Source: Nitrososphaerota archaeon (lineage in GTDB: Archaea; Thermoproteota; Nitrososphaeria; Nitrososphaerales; UBA57). Taken from it: 13,864 nucleotides of DNA. The translations under genes were made by a program, and so were the position numbers. Each line of letters opens with the position of its first letter. Within the stretch, counting starts at the first letter, position 1. The notes under the pieces are model-generated. The model ran no database searches and was not told the origin of the DNA. It saw nothing but the letters and a program-made list of their open reading frames with translations. The stretch covers positions 1-13,864 of the forward strand of contig JACAFS010000027.1 of the NCBI GenBank assembly GCA_013378385.1, given 5' to 3'. Shown piece by piece: positions 12,684 through 13,864 of this stretch.

Positions 12684-13852
12684 CAAGAAGCACTAAATTT
12701 GGAATCAATGTGGATTTTGAAAAGAGTCATGGACTGTATTTATATGATAAGAATGCCCATAGGGAACTTCTTGACTTCTTCGGAATGTATGCTTCGTTGC
12801 CGTTGGGTTATAATCATCCGATATTCAAAACCCCTGAATTCGTTGATGAGTATTTGAGAGCATCTTCTTTAAAAATAAATAACTGTGAATTTGTATCAGA
12901 TGAAACTCTTGAATTTGATAGAATGTTTACTGAATATGCGGGCGTCGGTATTTTTAAAAACATTCATTATAGTTGCACTGGAGCCCTCGCAGTAGAGGCG
13001 GCTATAAAAACATGCATTCAATACAAGGGCTTTCACGAACCGAAAATACTATCTTTCCATAATAGTTTCCATGGAATTAACAGTTACGGAGGATTTATAA
13101 CCTCAAGGTTTCCAGGTGTAGACAAGAGATTAAACGGATTTCCCGAGAATTTCTCTATGAAGATAGCTCCAGATTTACAAAAGGTTGAAGAGAGTTTAAG
13201 GAATAATGACATTACGTGCCTCTTAGTCGAACCGATACAGTGCAGTGCTGGCGACATTCATTATGATAAGATGTTTTTTAAGGAATTGAGAAGGTTGTGC
13301 GATAAATACGATGTACCTCTTGTGTTTGATGAGATACAGATTGGATTTGGAGGAACAGGAAAGCTATGGTTCTTTCAACATATCGATGTGACGCCAGATA
13401 TTGTCATTTTTGGAAAGAAAACTCAACTTTCTGGCATCATGGTAAAGGATGAATTTTCACAGATATTCTCACGAGAAAGCAGCGTAAGGCTTGAGGTAAC
13501 TTGGGACGGCGACATTTCCGACATGATAAGATGCAAATATGTGATCAAAGCTTATAATGAATACGACATATTAAGCAATGTAAATACAATGTCTAATCTA
13601 CTGTCGTCAAAACTATCAGAAATGCCAGAAATACTAAACTTGAGAAATTGTGGATTAATCTTCGGATTTGATTTGAAAAATAGCGAGTTTAGAGATATAA
13701 TGATAGGTGAACTATATGACAATGGGCTGATTTGCAACAAGACTGGCTCTAATTCAATTAGACTAAGACCAAGTTTAAATTTGACTGAGAGAAATATAGA
13801 ACAAGCAGTCGCGATATTTGAGAAGTCATTCGCAAAGAGGAAAGAAATATAA
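12674..13852 (+). CDS. Class III PLP aminotransferase, L-lysine 6-aminotransferase (LAT)-like, 392 aa
   Basis: 'DFEKSHGLYLYDKNAHRELLDFFGMYASLPLGYNHP', 'GALAVEAAIK', 'FHGINSYG', 'EPIQCSAGD', 'LVFDEIQIGFGGTGKLWFFQH', 'VTPDIVIFGKKTQLSGIM' and 'TWDGDISDM' parallel the mycobacterial LAT sequence as I recall it (...DIVAFGKKTQVCG..., STWGGNLTDM). The presumed PLP lysine lies in FGKK (13415-13420). Confidence 0.8.
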   Translation: MSLARSTKFGINVDFEKSHGLYLYDKNAHRELLDFFGMYASLPLGYNHPIFKTPEFVDEYLRASSLKINNCEFVSDETLEFDRMFTEYAGVGIFKNIHYSCTGALAVEAAIKTCIQYKGFHEPKILSFHNSFHGINSYGGFITSRFPGVDKRLNGFPENFSMKIAPDLQKVEESLRNNDITCLLVEPIQCSAGDIHYDKMFFKELRRLCDKYDVPLVFDEIQIGFGGTGKLWFFQHIDVTPDIVIFGKKTQLSGIMVKDEFSQIFSRESSVRLEVTWDGDISDMIRCKYVIKAYNEYDILSNVNTMSNLLSSKLSEMPEILNLRNCGLIFGFDLKNSEFRDIMIGELYDNGLICNKTGSNSIRLRPSLNLTERNIEQAVAIFEKSFAKRKEI

Positions 13853-13864
13853 TGAGTAAGGAAA
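13852..13864 (+). CDS. Start of a further co-directional gene (MSKE...), 3'-truncated by the window edge
   Basis: ATG 13852 shares its A with the preceding TAA (TAATG junction), the same coupling style used elsewhere in the window, and GAGGA lies upstream. Only 4 codons are visible. Confidence 0.35.

Noticed and set aside
877-13740. Seventeen minus-strand ORFs of 61-113 aa from the six-frame track: 877-1086, 1102-1371, 1989-2189, 4168-4374, 4202-4477, 4926-5126, 5882-6142, 8370-8579, 8656-8847, 8847-9044, 9617-9802, 9753-10031, 10423-10620, 10961-11302, 11861-12100, 12162-12362 and 13552-13740.
   Set aside because: All but two lie entirely antisense to a single well-supported + strand gene with recognisable family motifs. 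The exceptions are 4926-5126 and 8847-9044, which each span a junction between two such genes. Their translations are low-complexity, rich in Ile/Leu/Phe/Ser and motif-free, and none has its own intergenic space or a convincing RBS. This is the expected background for AT-rich DNA.
1-13864. A search for a defence system, a mobile element, CRISPR repeats, tRNA/rRNA genes, long direct or inverted repeats, and Rho-independent terminators.
   Set aside because: I recognised no nuclease, ATPase, toxin-antitoxin, integrase or transposase motifs in any product. I found no repeated spacer-like periodicity and no non-coding gap large enough to hold an RNA gene. The largest gap, 370-496, reads as the continuation of a coding frame.

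Overview
The window is almost entirely coding on the + strand. It holds 15 complete genes, a 5'-truncated gene at the left edge, and the first codons of another gene at the right edge. Nearly every junction is a start/stop overlap (ATGA, GTGA, TTGA, TAATG, or 8-28 nt). The only spacer between genes is 6 nt (10047-10052). I saw no convincing internal promoter, terminator, tRNA, rRNA, CRISPR array, transposase or integrase. The DNA looks AT-rich by eye; I did not compute GC content.

All recognisable products belong to sugar or glycan biosynthesis, in three blocks:
- Transferase block (1-2978, plus 4064-4966): two GT4-like GT-B enzymes, two CgeB-like (Glyco_trans_1_2) enzymes and one GT2.
- Deoxysugar block (2966-8053): an unusually small split transketolase, an RmlD/Fcl-like reductase, an RfbH/E1-type PMP/[2Fe-2S] 3-dehydrase and an RmlB-type 4,6-dehydratase.
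- CMP-sugar block (8053-13852): a NeuA-type cytidylyltransferase fused to a cupin, flanked by two sialyltransferase-like proteins. These are followed by a classical SDR, a 3-dehydroquinate-synthase-family enzyme and a lysine-6-aminotransferase-like class III aminotransferase.

I saw no Wzx/Wzy/ABC exporter, no initiating phosphotransferase, no hexose-1-P nucleotidylyltransferase, no E3 reductase and no NeuB-type condensing enzyme.

The compact, translationally coupled layout fits a phage hypervariable glycan cluster or a streamlined marine-bacterial surface-glycan island. I cannot tell which from this window. All family assignments rest on motif reading and remembered sequences, not on database searches.
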